This document shows positions 7,346 to 15,390 of a stretch of DNA of 15,390 bases, in pieces. Position 1 is the stretch's first letter. The number at the start of each line of letters is the position of its first letter. The DNA is from Myxococcota bacterium (GTDB lineage Bacteria; Myxococcota_A; Bradymonadia; UBA7976; UBA1532), in contig JAYZEG010000050.1 in assembly GCA_036337435.1 (NCBI GenBank), positions 1-15,390 on the forward strand, written 5' to 3'. The translations under genes and the position numbers were made by a program. The notes below the pieces were generated by a model, which was given only the letters and a program-made list of their open reading frames with translations, was not told the origin of the DNA and did not search any database.

Positions 7346-8743
7346 ATGGCTCTTTTATGGATACGTCCAGGCAGCACTGCATTAAGTTTGCTCCTCGTCC
7401 TGCTCGCGACTTCCGTGTCTCTCGCCGCACCCACCAACCTACCCGATGTGGCGGAACGGGCGGTAAAAAGCGTCGTGAATATCGCGTCAACAAAGAAGCT
7501 AGTCTCTCGGCGAGGCATGCTTGCCGATCCACTTTTCCGACGCTTCTTTGGCGACCGAGGGGGGATTCCCGAGCAGAAGAACAACAGTCTGGGGTCTGGG
7601 GTTGTTATCAGCGCGGACGGGTTAATCCTGACCAACAGTCATGTCGTCCATGAAACCACTGATATTAAGGTGACAACGGCAGATGGCAAAGAGTTTGATG
7701 CAACAATCGTCGGCACCGATCCAAAAAGTGATGTGGCGGTTTTACGGATAGACGGTGACGCGAGCGGTCTGACCCCTATGCCGGTTGGAGACTCCAAACG
7801 GCTCCGATTGGGAGAGACGGTCATCGCCATCGGCAACCCTTTTGGCTTGGGCCATACGGTAACCATGGGCATTGTTTCGGCGAAGGGCCGGGCCAACATG
7901 GGAATCACCGAGTACGAAGATTTCATCCAGACCGATGCGGCTATCAACCCAGGCAATTCCGGCGGGGCCCTCGTAAATTTGAAGGGTGAATTGGTTGGTA
8001 TTAATACAGCGATTGTCAGTCGAAGTGGCGGCTACCAAGGGATTGGGTTTGCGATACCGACCGATATGGCAGTGGCAATCAAGAAAAGTTTAGTGGCGAC
8101 CGGCACCGTCAGACGTGGATGGTTGGGCATTAGTATACAACCCTTGGATCGGCGTCTATCGGCCCATTTGGGTGTGCAAGCAGGCACCCAAGGTGTCCTT
8201 GTTGCAGGTGTTCTCGACGGCACGCCGGCACAAAAGGCGGGTCTGCAATCCGGCGATGTCATTTTGACAGTCGATGGTAAGCAAACCCGTTCTCCCGCTG
8301 CCCTGCGCAATACAATTGCCATGAAGGGTCAAGGACAGACGACCGAGATCAAATACATTCGTGACGGTCGAGAGCGCTCTATCACGGTTGTGCTAGGCGA
8401 GCTCGATAGCCCGTCAGCCAAAATGGACCCACCTCAGTCATCAGGGAATCCAACTCAGTTCAGGGGTCTCGATATTCAACGCGTCGACCGTTCATGGCGT
8501 AAGCGTCTTGGCCTCAACTCGGCGGTCTCGGGGGTCGTGGTCACCGGGGTAGACCCTGGGAGCGCAGCGCAGCGAGCAGGTATAAAACAAGGCGATATTA
8601 TCGTCTCCATTGATCGAAAACCGACTCGCACGGTTAATTCGGTACAAAAAGCTCTTCGTGGACAGGCTGGTGATGTTCTCGTCCGTATTCGCCGTGGCGA
8701 GTCGTCCAGCTATGTTGTGCTTGGCACCGATTCTGGTGAATAG
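7346..8743 (+). CDS. degP: Periplasmic serine endoprotease, DegP/DegQ (Do/HtrA) family, two PDZ domains
   Basis: Signal peptide (LSLLLVLLATSVSLA|A); SLGSGVVIS; triad His (TNSHVV), Asp (KSDVAV), Ser (QTDAAINPGNSGG); PDZ1 (RGWLGISIQ..AGLQSGDVIL) and PDZ2 (AGIKQGDII). Start at ATG 7346 behind SD AAAGGGGA (ATG 7325 is an alternative). degP versus degQ cannot be resolved by eye. Confidence 0.95.
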   Translation: MALLWIRPGSTALSLLLVLLATSVSLAAPTNLPDVAERAVKSVVNIASTKKLVSRRGMLADPLFRRFFGDRGGIPEQKNNSLGSGVVISADGLILTNSHVVHETTDIKVTTADGKEFDATIVGTDPKSDVAVLRIDGDASGLTPMPVGDSKRLRLGETVIAIGNPFGLGHTVTMGIVSAKGRANMGITEYEDFIQTDAAINPGNSGGALVNLKGELVGINTAIVSRSGGYQGIGFAIPTDMAVAIKKSLVATGTVRRGWLGISIQPLDRRLSAHLGVQAGTQGVLVAGVLDGTPAQKAGLQSGDVILTVDGKQTRSPAALRNTIAMKGQGQTTEIKYIRDGRERSITVVLGELDSPSAKMDPPQSSGNPTQFRGLDIQRVDRSWRKRLGLNSAVSGVVVTGVDPGSAAQRAGIKQGDIIVSIDRKPTRTVNSVQKALRGQAGDVLVRIRRGESSSYVVLGTDSGE

Positions 8744-8796
8744 ACTGCACATGCCGCGAGGTAAAGGCCTGCCAGGGTCGTCCTGTTAAACATTCT

Positions 8797-8824
8797 GTGG
8801 GCGTCTGCCCATTCTTTTCAGTTT
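8797..8824 (+). terminator. Putative intrinsic terminator after degP
   Basis: GTGGGC-GTCT-GCCCAT stem-loop followed by TCTTTTCAGTTT, about 55 nt after the degP stop. The stem is short. Confidence 0.5.
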
Positions 8825-8909
8825 CATGCTGGACCTTCACGGAAACTCATGTCATATCCGCACCTACTTGGCGGCAGTACGTTCGCAAGGGTTCTGTTCG
8901 GAGACGGAT

Positions 8910-9914
8910 ATGGCATCATTGAACGGCCAATCGATATTGCGTTTGGCTTGCTGGGAAGCACATCGTGGTCCCGTCAGCGGGTGGCCCGAGGAAAAACTCG
9001 ACCAGGTCATGGGTGAAACGAGACCAAGAGTCTACGATACTTGGCCGCCAGCGGCTCGCGGTCTTCCCCTTGGTGAGCGGAAAAAACTCAGCCAATTCGG
9101 TCTTCACCGTCTAGATACTCAATTTTGTCTCGCTGTGTCTAATGTACTCAGACGCGGATCCGTTGATGTCGACGAGCTCAGGCAATGGATGGTCGACGGC
9201 TTTGAGAGGCAAGTTTGGCGCGGGGCCGACCGCCGTATTTTGGAAATTACCCACAATTACCGCGTCAAGCGGGGGCCCGCCCAGACGTTGCAGGCCGCCA
9301 CGTGTCTCGGTCCCATATTCGTTGGCCTTGCCCTTGCGGTCCACGAGTCATTGAGCGTAGCTGATGTGGTGCGTCAGACAGTTCGGGTTGCTCAAACAGT
9401 CTATCAGTCTGACGAAACCAGTGTCGTCGCCGGCTATGTGGCCGCCGCTGTGCGCACAGGTCGTGGCCAATGGATGAGTCCAGCCATTCAGCCCGAGCAA
9501 TTTATTTCGGAGGGTGTGGCTCAAAACACGTTTGAGGCTTTGACACAGCCTCATTCCCGGATCGGCGGCGTGGTGATGTCCTCGGCAAGAACCATTATTG
9601 GTCGTATCGATTCTTTCATGAGCGCAGCAAATGACCGGAGAACCTTCAATACATCGGATATCGACGGTCTACCAATCCAGGTCGTTAACTATCTGAATAC
9701 ACTCGCGCATGTGCTGGATGACGCGCGCTCAAATGAGAATGCGCTGCCTATACAGGGTTTGACAGACCGCACACGTTTAGAGGCGTATGCGCGCTCAATG
9801 GCCAACGCAGATACGCCATGCGAATCAGCGGACATCTTTTTTGATTCAGAATTTGCTCTGAGCCAGAAAGAACGCATTTACCAGGAAAGCATGGCAGCGG
9901 AGCGCAGAAATTAA
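8910..9914 (+). CDS. Hypothetical protein; divergent ADP-ribosylglycohydrolase (DraG/ARH)-fold, probably non-catalytic
   Basis: Start at ATG 8910 (GGAG SD 6 nt upstream). LACWEAHRGPVSGW resembles ARH LAxGDALGxPVEG; GLHRLDTQFCLAV resembles GxxSDDTQxxLA; QAATCLGP resembles GAAMRxxP; TSDIDG resembles GGDTDT. The CDS is solid, the family call is tentative. Confidence 0.6.
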   Translation: MASLNGQSILRLACWEAHRGPVSGWPEEKLDQVMGETRPRVYDTWPPAARGLPLGERKKLSQFGLHRLDTQFCLAVSNVLRRGSVDVDELRQWMVDGFERQVWRGADRRILEITHNYRVKRGPAQTLQAATCLGPIFVGLALAVHESLSVADVVRQTVRVAQTVYQSDETSVVAGYVAAAVRTGRGQWMSPAIQPEQFISEGVAQNTFEALTQPHSRIGGVVMSSARTIIGRIDSFMSAANDRRTFNTSDIDGLPIQVVNYLNTLAHVLDDARSNENALPIQGLTDRTRLEAYARSMANADTPCESADIFFDSEFALSQKERIYQESMAAERRN

Positions 9915-9949
9915 TCTCGCTTGTCGGCCGAGGAGGACGCCCCATTGCC

Positions 9950-10540
9950 TCAGTTCAGTTTAGGCTTGTTTTCTTCACCCAAGGGCTTGAGTTCGCTAGG
10001 AAGCTTACCCGTTTCTGAAAGCGACTTAATATTGCTCAACCCCTGCTCATACATCGGCCCCAGGTAGTCGTCCATTCCAAGCCCGAACCAATTGCCGATG
10101 GGCTTTATGGTGTTATCTCCATCAATCGCCCAGGTCAGTTTGGTTCGTTGGCCCAGGTCTTGGAATGTAAACGTCAGACGCCGAGGCGTCGGTGAGTCGG
10201 TCGTGTACATCTCCACAGAAATGTTTTTATTGGCCACGCTTTCTATGATCTTTAATTTGCCGGTGCTGCTCCGCGGACCTAACCACGTCTGCTCCTGGCC
10301 GGGGCCTGCGGTGCCTGAAACCTCCTGTTTTATATCTGGATCGGCTCTCGTCCATGGGTCCCAAAGCGGCCATTGTGTTAAATCGTTGATCAATTTAAAC
10401 GGTTTTTCGGCTGGTGTATCGATGATCAAAGTTCGTTCAACATGAAAGGTATCTGGAAGCATGAAGCCAATACCGAAGACGACGGTCAGCATCACAGCCA
10501 GCATAATGAGAGTTTTACGAAGAAGTCCGGTGGTATTCAT
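9950..10540 (-). CDS. SRPBCC (polyketide cyclase/START-like) family protein with N-terminal membrane anchor
   Basis: Hydrophobic N-terminal helix, then LPDTFHVERTLIIDTPAEKPFKLINDLTQWPLWDPW and C-terminal MDDYLGPMYEQGLSNIKSLSE, typical of anchored SRPBCC proteins. Start at ATG 10540 (AGGA SD) instead of 10600. Confidence 0.88.
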   Translation of the reverse strand: MNTTGLLRKTLIMLAVMLTVVFGIGFMLPDTFHVERTLIIDTPAEKPFKLINDLTQWPLWDPWTRADPDIKQEVSGTAGPGQEQTWLGPRSSTGKLKIIESVANKNISVEMYTTDSPTPRRLTFTFQDLGQRTKLTWAIDGDNTIKPIGNWFGLGMDDYLGPMYEQGLSNIKSLSETGKLPSELKPLGEENKPKLN

Positions 10541-10680
10541 GAGCGTTCCTAGGTTCTGCCAAACACGACACACACTACTCCATGAAGCAGTGGAGATCAC
10601 CTATTTGAATGCGTTGGGGCTTGACGTCGGACATCTGTGACGAGAACATCGAGCAGATCGGATTCGGGGAGATAAATAAA

Positions 10681-11073
10681 ATGGGAATGCCCAATGGTGT
10701 AACGGTTCATAAATGGCCTCATCAAAACCCGCCGTGTGAGGCGAGTGTTGCTGATGAAATGAAGAGTTTTGGTTTTCGGTCATATGATTTACAGACCGTT
10801 GACCCCTGGTTTCTCAGAAGTCGTCACTCTCACGATGAAGAAGAAATTCGTGGCGCGGTCAACGGTGTCATCACGTTTCATTTCGATGAAGGACCAGTGA
10901 CACTCGAAGCCGGTGATATTTTGATCAGTCCGGCGGGCGTTGCTCATGAAGTGAGGGTACACAATGCCAATCATTTTACCGCATATAAGGGGTCACGCAG
11001 CGGTGTGCGCAGCGTGACCGAGCATGGAGATGGCATTGGTAGTGTCGAAGATTTAGCATCGAGGAACACATGA
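10681..11073 (+). CDS. Small cupin protein, acireductone dioxygenase (ARD)-like metal motif
   Basis: Cupin motif 1 RHSHDEEEIR and motif 2 AGDILISPAGVAH. Start at ATG 10681 behind GGGGAG (ATG 10687 is an alternative). Confidence 0.85.
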   Translation: MGMPNGVTVHKWPHQNPPCEASVADEMKSFGFRSYDLQTVDPWFLRSRHSHDEEEIRGAVNGVITFHFDEGPVTLEAGDILISPAGVAHEVRVHNANHFTAYKGSRSGVRSVTEHGDGIGSVEDLASRNT

Positions 11074-11720
11074 GTCGCGACTTAATTGCTTTTGACCTCG
11101 ATGGGACTCTTGAGGACAGTCGCGACGATATGGTGTCTGCTATTCATCGCGTTCGACGACGGTTTGGGCTAGGTGATCGCTCGGACAAAAACTTTAGAGA
11201 TCATGTGAATCGAGGCATGGGACACCTCTATGCTGAATGCTTCTCGGAACTATTGGCGCAGGGTAAGCTAGACGATGTCAGAGCTGCATATACAGAGGAC
11301 TATGGTGCCCGCATTGCGGAAAAAACTCGACTTTATGACGGCATGACAGAGACTCTTTTAGCGTTAAAACAACAGTTCAGTCTTGCCGTCGTCACAAATA
11401 AGCCTGAACGACTTTCGAACATGCTCTTGGATGCCCTCGGTGTTCTCGAGCATTTTGATGCTGTGATTGGCGGTGACACAGCGAGTCGACCAAAGCCAGC
11501 CGCCGCTCCGCTGGAGGAGGCTGTCCGCCGAGCCAATATATCTGGTCGCGTCATTATGGTTGGAGATTCTGCAGGTGACATCGCATGCGCGCGAGCGTAT
11601 GGGTGCCCAGTGATTTGGTGTGAGTGGGGTTACGCAGCGACCTTCGGGGCTGTAGACCCTGATCGTGTCGCGAAGTCGCCCATGCAACTGCCCATGTTGA
11701 TCGAGGCGATATTAAGCTAG
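11070..11720 (+). CDS. gph: HAD-superfamily IA hydrolase, phosphoglycolate phosphatase-like
   Basis: Motif I FDLDGTLEDS, II VVTNKPE, III KP, IV MVGDSAGDI, plus WGY. ATGA overlap with the cupin stop; SD GAGGA at 11061-11065. Confidence 0.88.
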   Translation: MSRDLIAFDLDGTLEDSRDDMVSAIHRVRRRFGLGDRSDKNFRDHVNRGMGHLYAECFSELLAQGKLDDVRAAYTEDYGARIAEKTRLYDGMTETLLALKQQFSLAVVTNKPERLSNMLLDALGVLEHFDAVIGGDTASRPKPAAAPLEEAVRRANISGRVIMVGDSAGDIACARAYGCPVIWCEWGYAATFGAVDPDRVAKSPMQLPMLIEAILS

Positions 11721-11773
11721 ATAGTCTTTGACACGGAAGAATGGACGGTGTTTGTTTCTCGAACAAGGGTGTA

Positions 11774-13030
11774 CTAAAGGAAGCCTTTGTTAACACTTGA
11801 ACGCTCCTTGAATATGCGGTCCTGAGAGAGATACTGACTGATCCCAAGTGCTAATTTTCGGGCAATGTAGGTCGCATTATCGAGCCTCGGGCCGATGGGT
11901 CGACCATCGTCAAATTCCCACACCAGATCCTTTCGAACCTCGACGAGTATCGTACTCGGTCTTTGCGGCCCTTCGCGATAAGACGAGACCAGGTAATCGT
12001 ATTCTCGTTGGATAAAATCAGTGATCTGTTCATACTCACGCTGTGCTGCAGCAAACAGAGCCTTCTTGCCCGTTGGGGCTGTCCGAAACATATGGAGATA
12101 GCTGCGCAAAGATTGGCTTTCTGCGGATCTCAAATTCGTATCGAGCAACATCGTCCACACGAGCTTTCTTGGACACCGACCATTGATGGCTGTCGCCGTG
12201 GAAGGACCCACGGCCCGCTCGAAGATAGACTGTACATTTTTGTAAAAGTACCAAACTTGAGCACGGACCTCGACGCTGCCCTCCGGCAGTGAATAGGGGA
12301 AGTTATCCGCTGTGTGTATCGCCGATTCTTCGAGCGTTTGCGCGATACGCGCCTTGAGCAGACGATCGGCGGTATATTCGATGACACGACTTGGAAAGCT
12401 CGGGTCAAAATGCGGGAAAGGGTTTTCGACTAACGCTTGATAGCCGTACGGACGGGTCAACAGGCTGACCGCAGGTCGCTCGAATTTCGTCGGATTGCGC
12501 TTGTCGTAGGTATGGATGGCAATTTTCAGGAGTTTACCTTCCATGGCCGACTCGAGGCCATCTGAGATCCGGTCATAGTGCTCAGTGAGCACGCTTCGCT
12601 TTTGCTCATGGTTCAGACGGTCTGAAAAAGGGTAGTTGATCGCATATCTATGGAGATGATCTGCACCGGCACTGGTGATGCCAGGAAACCGACCAAAATC
12701 CATGAGAACACGAGCCAGATTGACCCGATGATACGAATCAAGGCCGAGTGCAGAAGCAAGTCGATTGGCGACCAACTCTGCTCCCCAATCACGTTCACGG
12801 ACAAATCCCGGTGGAAATGGCTCATCACCGAGAATTGATACCCCACGCTGATCTAACCGAAATACCGACGGCAGAGATGACCCATCATGGATGACGTCGA
12901 CTAAGACTTTGTCGCGAAACTGCCTGGGGCAGGGATGTCCTAACGGATCGCGGTCGACCGTGACCTCTTCGATAGGTGGGCGAGGTGCGGCCTCGAGTTG
13001 CATGGGTAAAAGATTCACGTTTATCAGCAT
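11774..13030 (-). CDS. N-formylglutamate amidohydrolase-like (Zn-dependent exopeptidase fold) protein with a large insertion
   Basis: Motifs VIHDG, ERDWGA, ARVLMDFGR, IAIHTY, NFPY and LVEVRKDL occur in the order expected for the family. Start uncertain (ATG 13030 or 13003); the ORF-track start at 13327 overlaps the opposite-strand glycosyltransferase. Confidence 0.65.
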   Translation of the reverse strand: MLINVNLLPMQLEAAPRPPIEEVTVDRDPLGHPCPRQFRDKVLVDVIHDGSSLPSVFRLDQRGVSILGDEPFPPGFVRERDWGAELVANRLASALGLDSYHRVNLARVLMDFGRFPGITSAGADHLHRYAINYPFSDRLNHEQKRSVLTEHYDRISDGLESAMEGKLLKIAIHTYDKRNPTKFERPAVSLLTRPYGYQALVENPFPHFDPSFPSRVIEYTADRLLKARIAQTLEESAIHTADNFPYSLPEGSVEVRAQVWYFYKNVQSIFERAVGPSTATAINGRCPRKLVWTMLLDTNLRSAESQSLRSYLHMFRTAPTGKKALFAAAQREYEQITDFIQREYDYLVSSYREGPQRPSTILVEVRKDLVWEFDDGRPIGPRLDNATYIARKLALGISQYLSQDRIFKERSSVNKGFL

Positions 13031-13156
13031 AGCACCAACGACCGATTGTGCTGAATATATCTTTAAATTATCAAAGCGACGGCCTAGGCTCGGCGCGTCT
13101 ACACGACGGTGTACGGGAGAGTAGATGTATTTTGCTTTGGGATTGGAATCCGAATC

Positions 13157-14272
13157 ATGACTGTCCGATGTCCGCGGGTATTGTATATTGAGCCCTTCAA
13201 TGGCGGCTCTCATGCAGCATTCACTCAGCAATTGTTGTCCATAGACGAGTTCGAATGGACACCATTGACCATGTCTGGTCGGCATTGGAAATGGCGTGCT
13301 CGAGGCGCAGCGGTATACTTTGCTCAAAAGTACGCTGATGTACTGGCTAAACCTTACGACTTGATTTGGTGTGGTTCATTCGTCTGTTTGACGGATCTTT
13401 TAGCACTCTGTCCACAGCTGAACGCCATTCCGAAAGTCTTATATTTTCATGAAAATCAATTGGCGTATCCGGTTCGCTCCGAATTCTCTGGTCCCCGAGA
13501 CCATCATTTTGGCTTTAGCCAAATGGTCTCCGCATTAGCGGCTGATTATTGCGTGTTCAACAGCGAGTGGAATCGGACGAGCTTTCTCGAAGAGGCTAGA
13601 CGGCTGTTGAAACGTATGCCAGATGCCAAACCACCCAATTGGATTGATGCAATCGAGGCCCGATCCAGTGTTCTGCACCTGCCCCTAGGTTTGCCGGAGT
13701 ACTCGGACGAGGCGATGTCGATTTCTCGGTCCACGAGTGAGCCGTTAATCATTTGGAACCATCGCTGGGAACATGACAAAGATCCAGAGACGTTCTTCAG
13801 GGTTATGATGACACTCAATGAACGCAAAACGCCCTTTAGACTTGCGGTTTGCGGTGAGACTTATCGACAGGCACCAAGGATTTTTGCCGAAGCACGCAAA
13901 GCCTTGGATGAACGAATTGTAAGCTGGGGGTATTTAGACGAGCGTTCCCAATACGAACAGTTACTCACTCGTGCTGATATCGCGGTGTCGACAGCCGCTC
14001 ACGAGTTTTTTGGAATCTCGATGATCGAGGCTGTTCACTTTGGGTGCAGACCTTTGGTTCCGGACAGACTGTCCTACCAGGAGCTTTTTCCGGCAGAATA
14101 CCGCTATGTGGATGAGACTCATCTGTTGGACACGCTACAGCGGCTCTGCAAATCATTTGTCGGGGCAGACGCGGCAAGAAACAGGTCGACTTATCGGCGA
14201 CTCGCGCAGCCTTTCGGGCCCTCTCAATTGCGTCGTTATAGCGAGTTCATTAAGTCGGCCCTCCGACCCTGA
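13157..14272 (+). CDS. GT4-type glycosyltransferase with N-terminal DUF3524; homolog of eukaryotic GTDC1/QTMAN (tRNA-queuosine alpha-mannosyltransferase)
   Basis: Family motifs IEPFNGGSH, RHWKWRARGAA, LYFHENQLAYP, SALAADYCVFNSEWN, IIWNHRWEHDKDPE, STAAHEFFGISMIEA (EX7E) and PDRLSYQE. Start at ATG 13157. Confidence 0.9.
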   Translation: MTVRCPRVLYIEPFNGGSHAAFTQQLLSIDEFEWTPLTMSGRHWKWRARGAAVYFAQKYADVLAKPYDLIWCGSFVCLTDLLALCPQLNAIPKVLYFHENQLAYPVRSEFSGPRDHHFGFSQMVSALAADYCVFNSEWNRTSFLEEARRLLKRMPDAKPPNWIDAIEARSSVLHLPLGLPEYSDEAMSISRSTSEPLIIWNHRWEHDKDPETFFRVMMTLNERKTPFRLAVCGETYRQAPRIFAEARKALDERIVSWGYLDERSQYEQLLTRADIAVSTAAHEFFGISMIEAVHFGCRPLVPDRLSYQELFPAEYRYVDETHLLDTLQRLCKSFVGADAARNRSTYRRLAQPFGPSQLRRYSEFIKSALRP

Positions 14273-14310
14273 TTCGCAGGGAAACACAACTCGGCCCACC
14301 GTGTAGCAGC

Positions 14311-15390
14311 TTAGGCCTGATCTATCACTTCGATGGGGGCCGAAGTGAGAAACTTTTGCAGCAGCACGGCCCAGAAAAGAACACCCAATACAAGCGTCAT
14401 GACCACCCCCATAATGGGGCTGTTGAGTTGGTCGATTAAGACCGCTGCTAACAAAATAATCACGGTTTCAGTCGAGCTGAGGATACTGAAATCGAGCGCG
14501 GTAATTCGACCCATGAGATGGCGAGGGGCCACGGTTTGCAAGGTGGCTGTGGTCACCACCCAGTTGTGGCCAGATCCCGCCCCCCAGATAAACAAGCCCA
14601 TTAGAAAAATGTAGGGCGTCTCCGTCCAAGCAAATAAAGCGATTCCAACGAAGGTCAGAATTGGTCCAGAGAGTGTATTTCGAGGGAGAATATGCGCCGG
14701 GAGAAGCGGGCCTACACCCGACCCGAGCGCACGCATCGCATGCATTACGCCCAGTGCGAGTCCCGCTTCGAGAGCAGGTAAGCGCGTCACAGCCACGAAG
14801 TTCAGAAAGAGCCAACCGCCTGCATTGGCCACCATAGGTGGTATTTTTGAAAGCGCGACGACCGTCAGTCTTCGGCTGGAACGGACAAAGTGCCAGGCCT
14901 CAAGCATGTCGCGGATGCCGGGTTTTGGTGGCTTTTCACTGGTGCCACCCGGGCGCAGCTCAGGGAGTCCGAGATAGATAAGCGACGCCAGAATAAATGT
15001 AATCGCGTCGACGAAGATCGCGCCGCTTGGTCCGATCAGGCTGGCGACAACACCGCCCAAAGCCAAGCCCACTGCGAAGGTTAAGGACCAGGTCAAGCCA
15101 AGTAAGGCATTGGCATTGTGTAATTCAGCGGGGGAAACCAGTTGTGGGATTGCGGCGGATCGGGCCGTCATCCCAATGGTTCCGATGCAGACACGGATAC
15201 ACAAGATGATTTGGATAAGCCAAACGCTGCCGTCGGATACCCCCCACATGATGAAAGTAAGTCCGGCCGCGCAAGCATAGCTCGCTGCCATGAGTTTACG
15301 TTTGTCGACGCGGTCGGCCAATGGACCTGAAATAGGAGACATCAATGCAGTTGGGAGGGCATGTGCAATGAAAACGAAGGCCAATGCGAC
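14311..15390 (-). CDS. MFS transporter (drug:H+ antiporter-3 / EntS-like), 5' end outside the window
   Basis: Many hydrophobic helices; motif A GPLADRVDKRKLM; AAIPQLVSPAELHNANAL; LQTVAPRHLMGRI. The frame is open to the right edge. Confidence 0.9.
   Translation of the reverse strand, partial: VALAFVFIAHALPTALMSPISGPLADRVDKRKLMAASYACAAGLTFIMWGVSDGSVWLIQIILCIRVCIGTIGMTARSAAIPQLVSPAELHNANALLGLTWSLTFAVGLALGGVVASLIGPSGAIFVDAITFILASLIYLGLPELRPGGTSEKPPKPGIRDMLEAWHFVRSSRRLTVVALSKIPPMVANAGGWLFLNFVAVTRLPALEAGLALGVMHAMRALGSGVGPLLPAHILPRNTLSGPILTFVGIALFAWTETPYIFLMGLFIWGAGSGHNWVVTTATLQTVAPRHLMGRITALDFSILSSTETVIILLAAVLIDQLNSPIMGVVMTLVLGVLFWAVLLQKFLTSAPIEVIDQA

Noticed and set aside
8826..9914. ARH-like gene as a pseudogene
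   Set aside because: No frameshift or internal stop; full length with an SD. Treated as an intact divergent gene.
13109..13327. Apparent head-to-head overlap of the amidohydrolase and glycosyltransferase ORFs
   Set aside because: Artefact of longest-ORF calling. Family-like sequence begins after 13030(-) and 13157(+), leaving a normal divergent intergenic region.
804..15330. Numerous 60-160 aa antisense or alternate-frame ORFs
   Set aside because: They overlap well-supported genes and show no recognisable motifs.

Overview
A gene-dense, chromosomal-looking bacterial window with no mobile element, RNA gene or CRISPR array that I can support. The Gly/Met/Ala linker, Cys-rich motifs and 'CNDD' modules resemble Myxococcota-type surface proteins; that taxonomy is an inference. 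The left third encodes a ~1,864-aa lipoprotein (likely start 237) with 8 fasciclin (FAS1) domains, 4 Cys-containing PPC-like 'NDD' modules and 3 four-Cys mini-motifs, arranged as a ~442-aa supra-domain repeat. It is strongly acidic and I count only 2 lysines. On the same strand follow a J-domain/coiled-coil protein, a DegP/Do-family protease and an apparently catalytically degenerate ADP-ribosylglycohydrolase-fold protein. Then come a SRPBCC protein (-), a translationally coupled ARD-like cupin + HAD phosphatase pair (+), an enlarged N-formylglutamate-amidohydrolase-like protein (-) divergent from a GTDC1/QTMAN-like (DUF3524) GT4 glycosyltransferase (+), and a 5'-truncated MFS transporter (-). 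Family calls come from motif recognition by eye; no searches were run. Several ORF-track starts were shortened to ATG/Shine-Dalgarno-supported starts.
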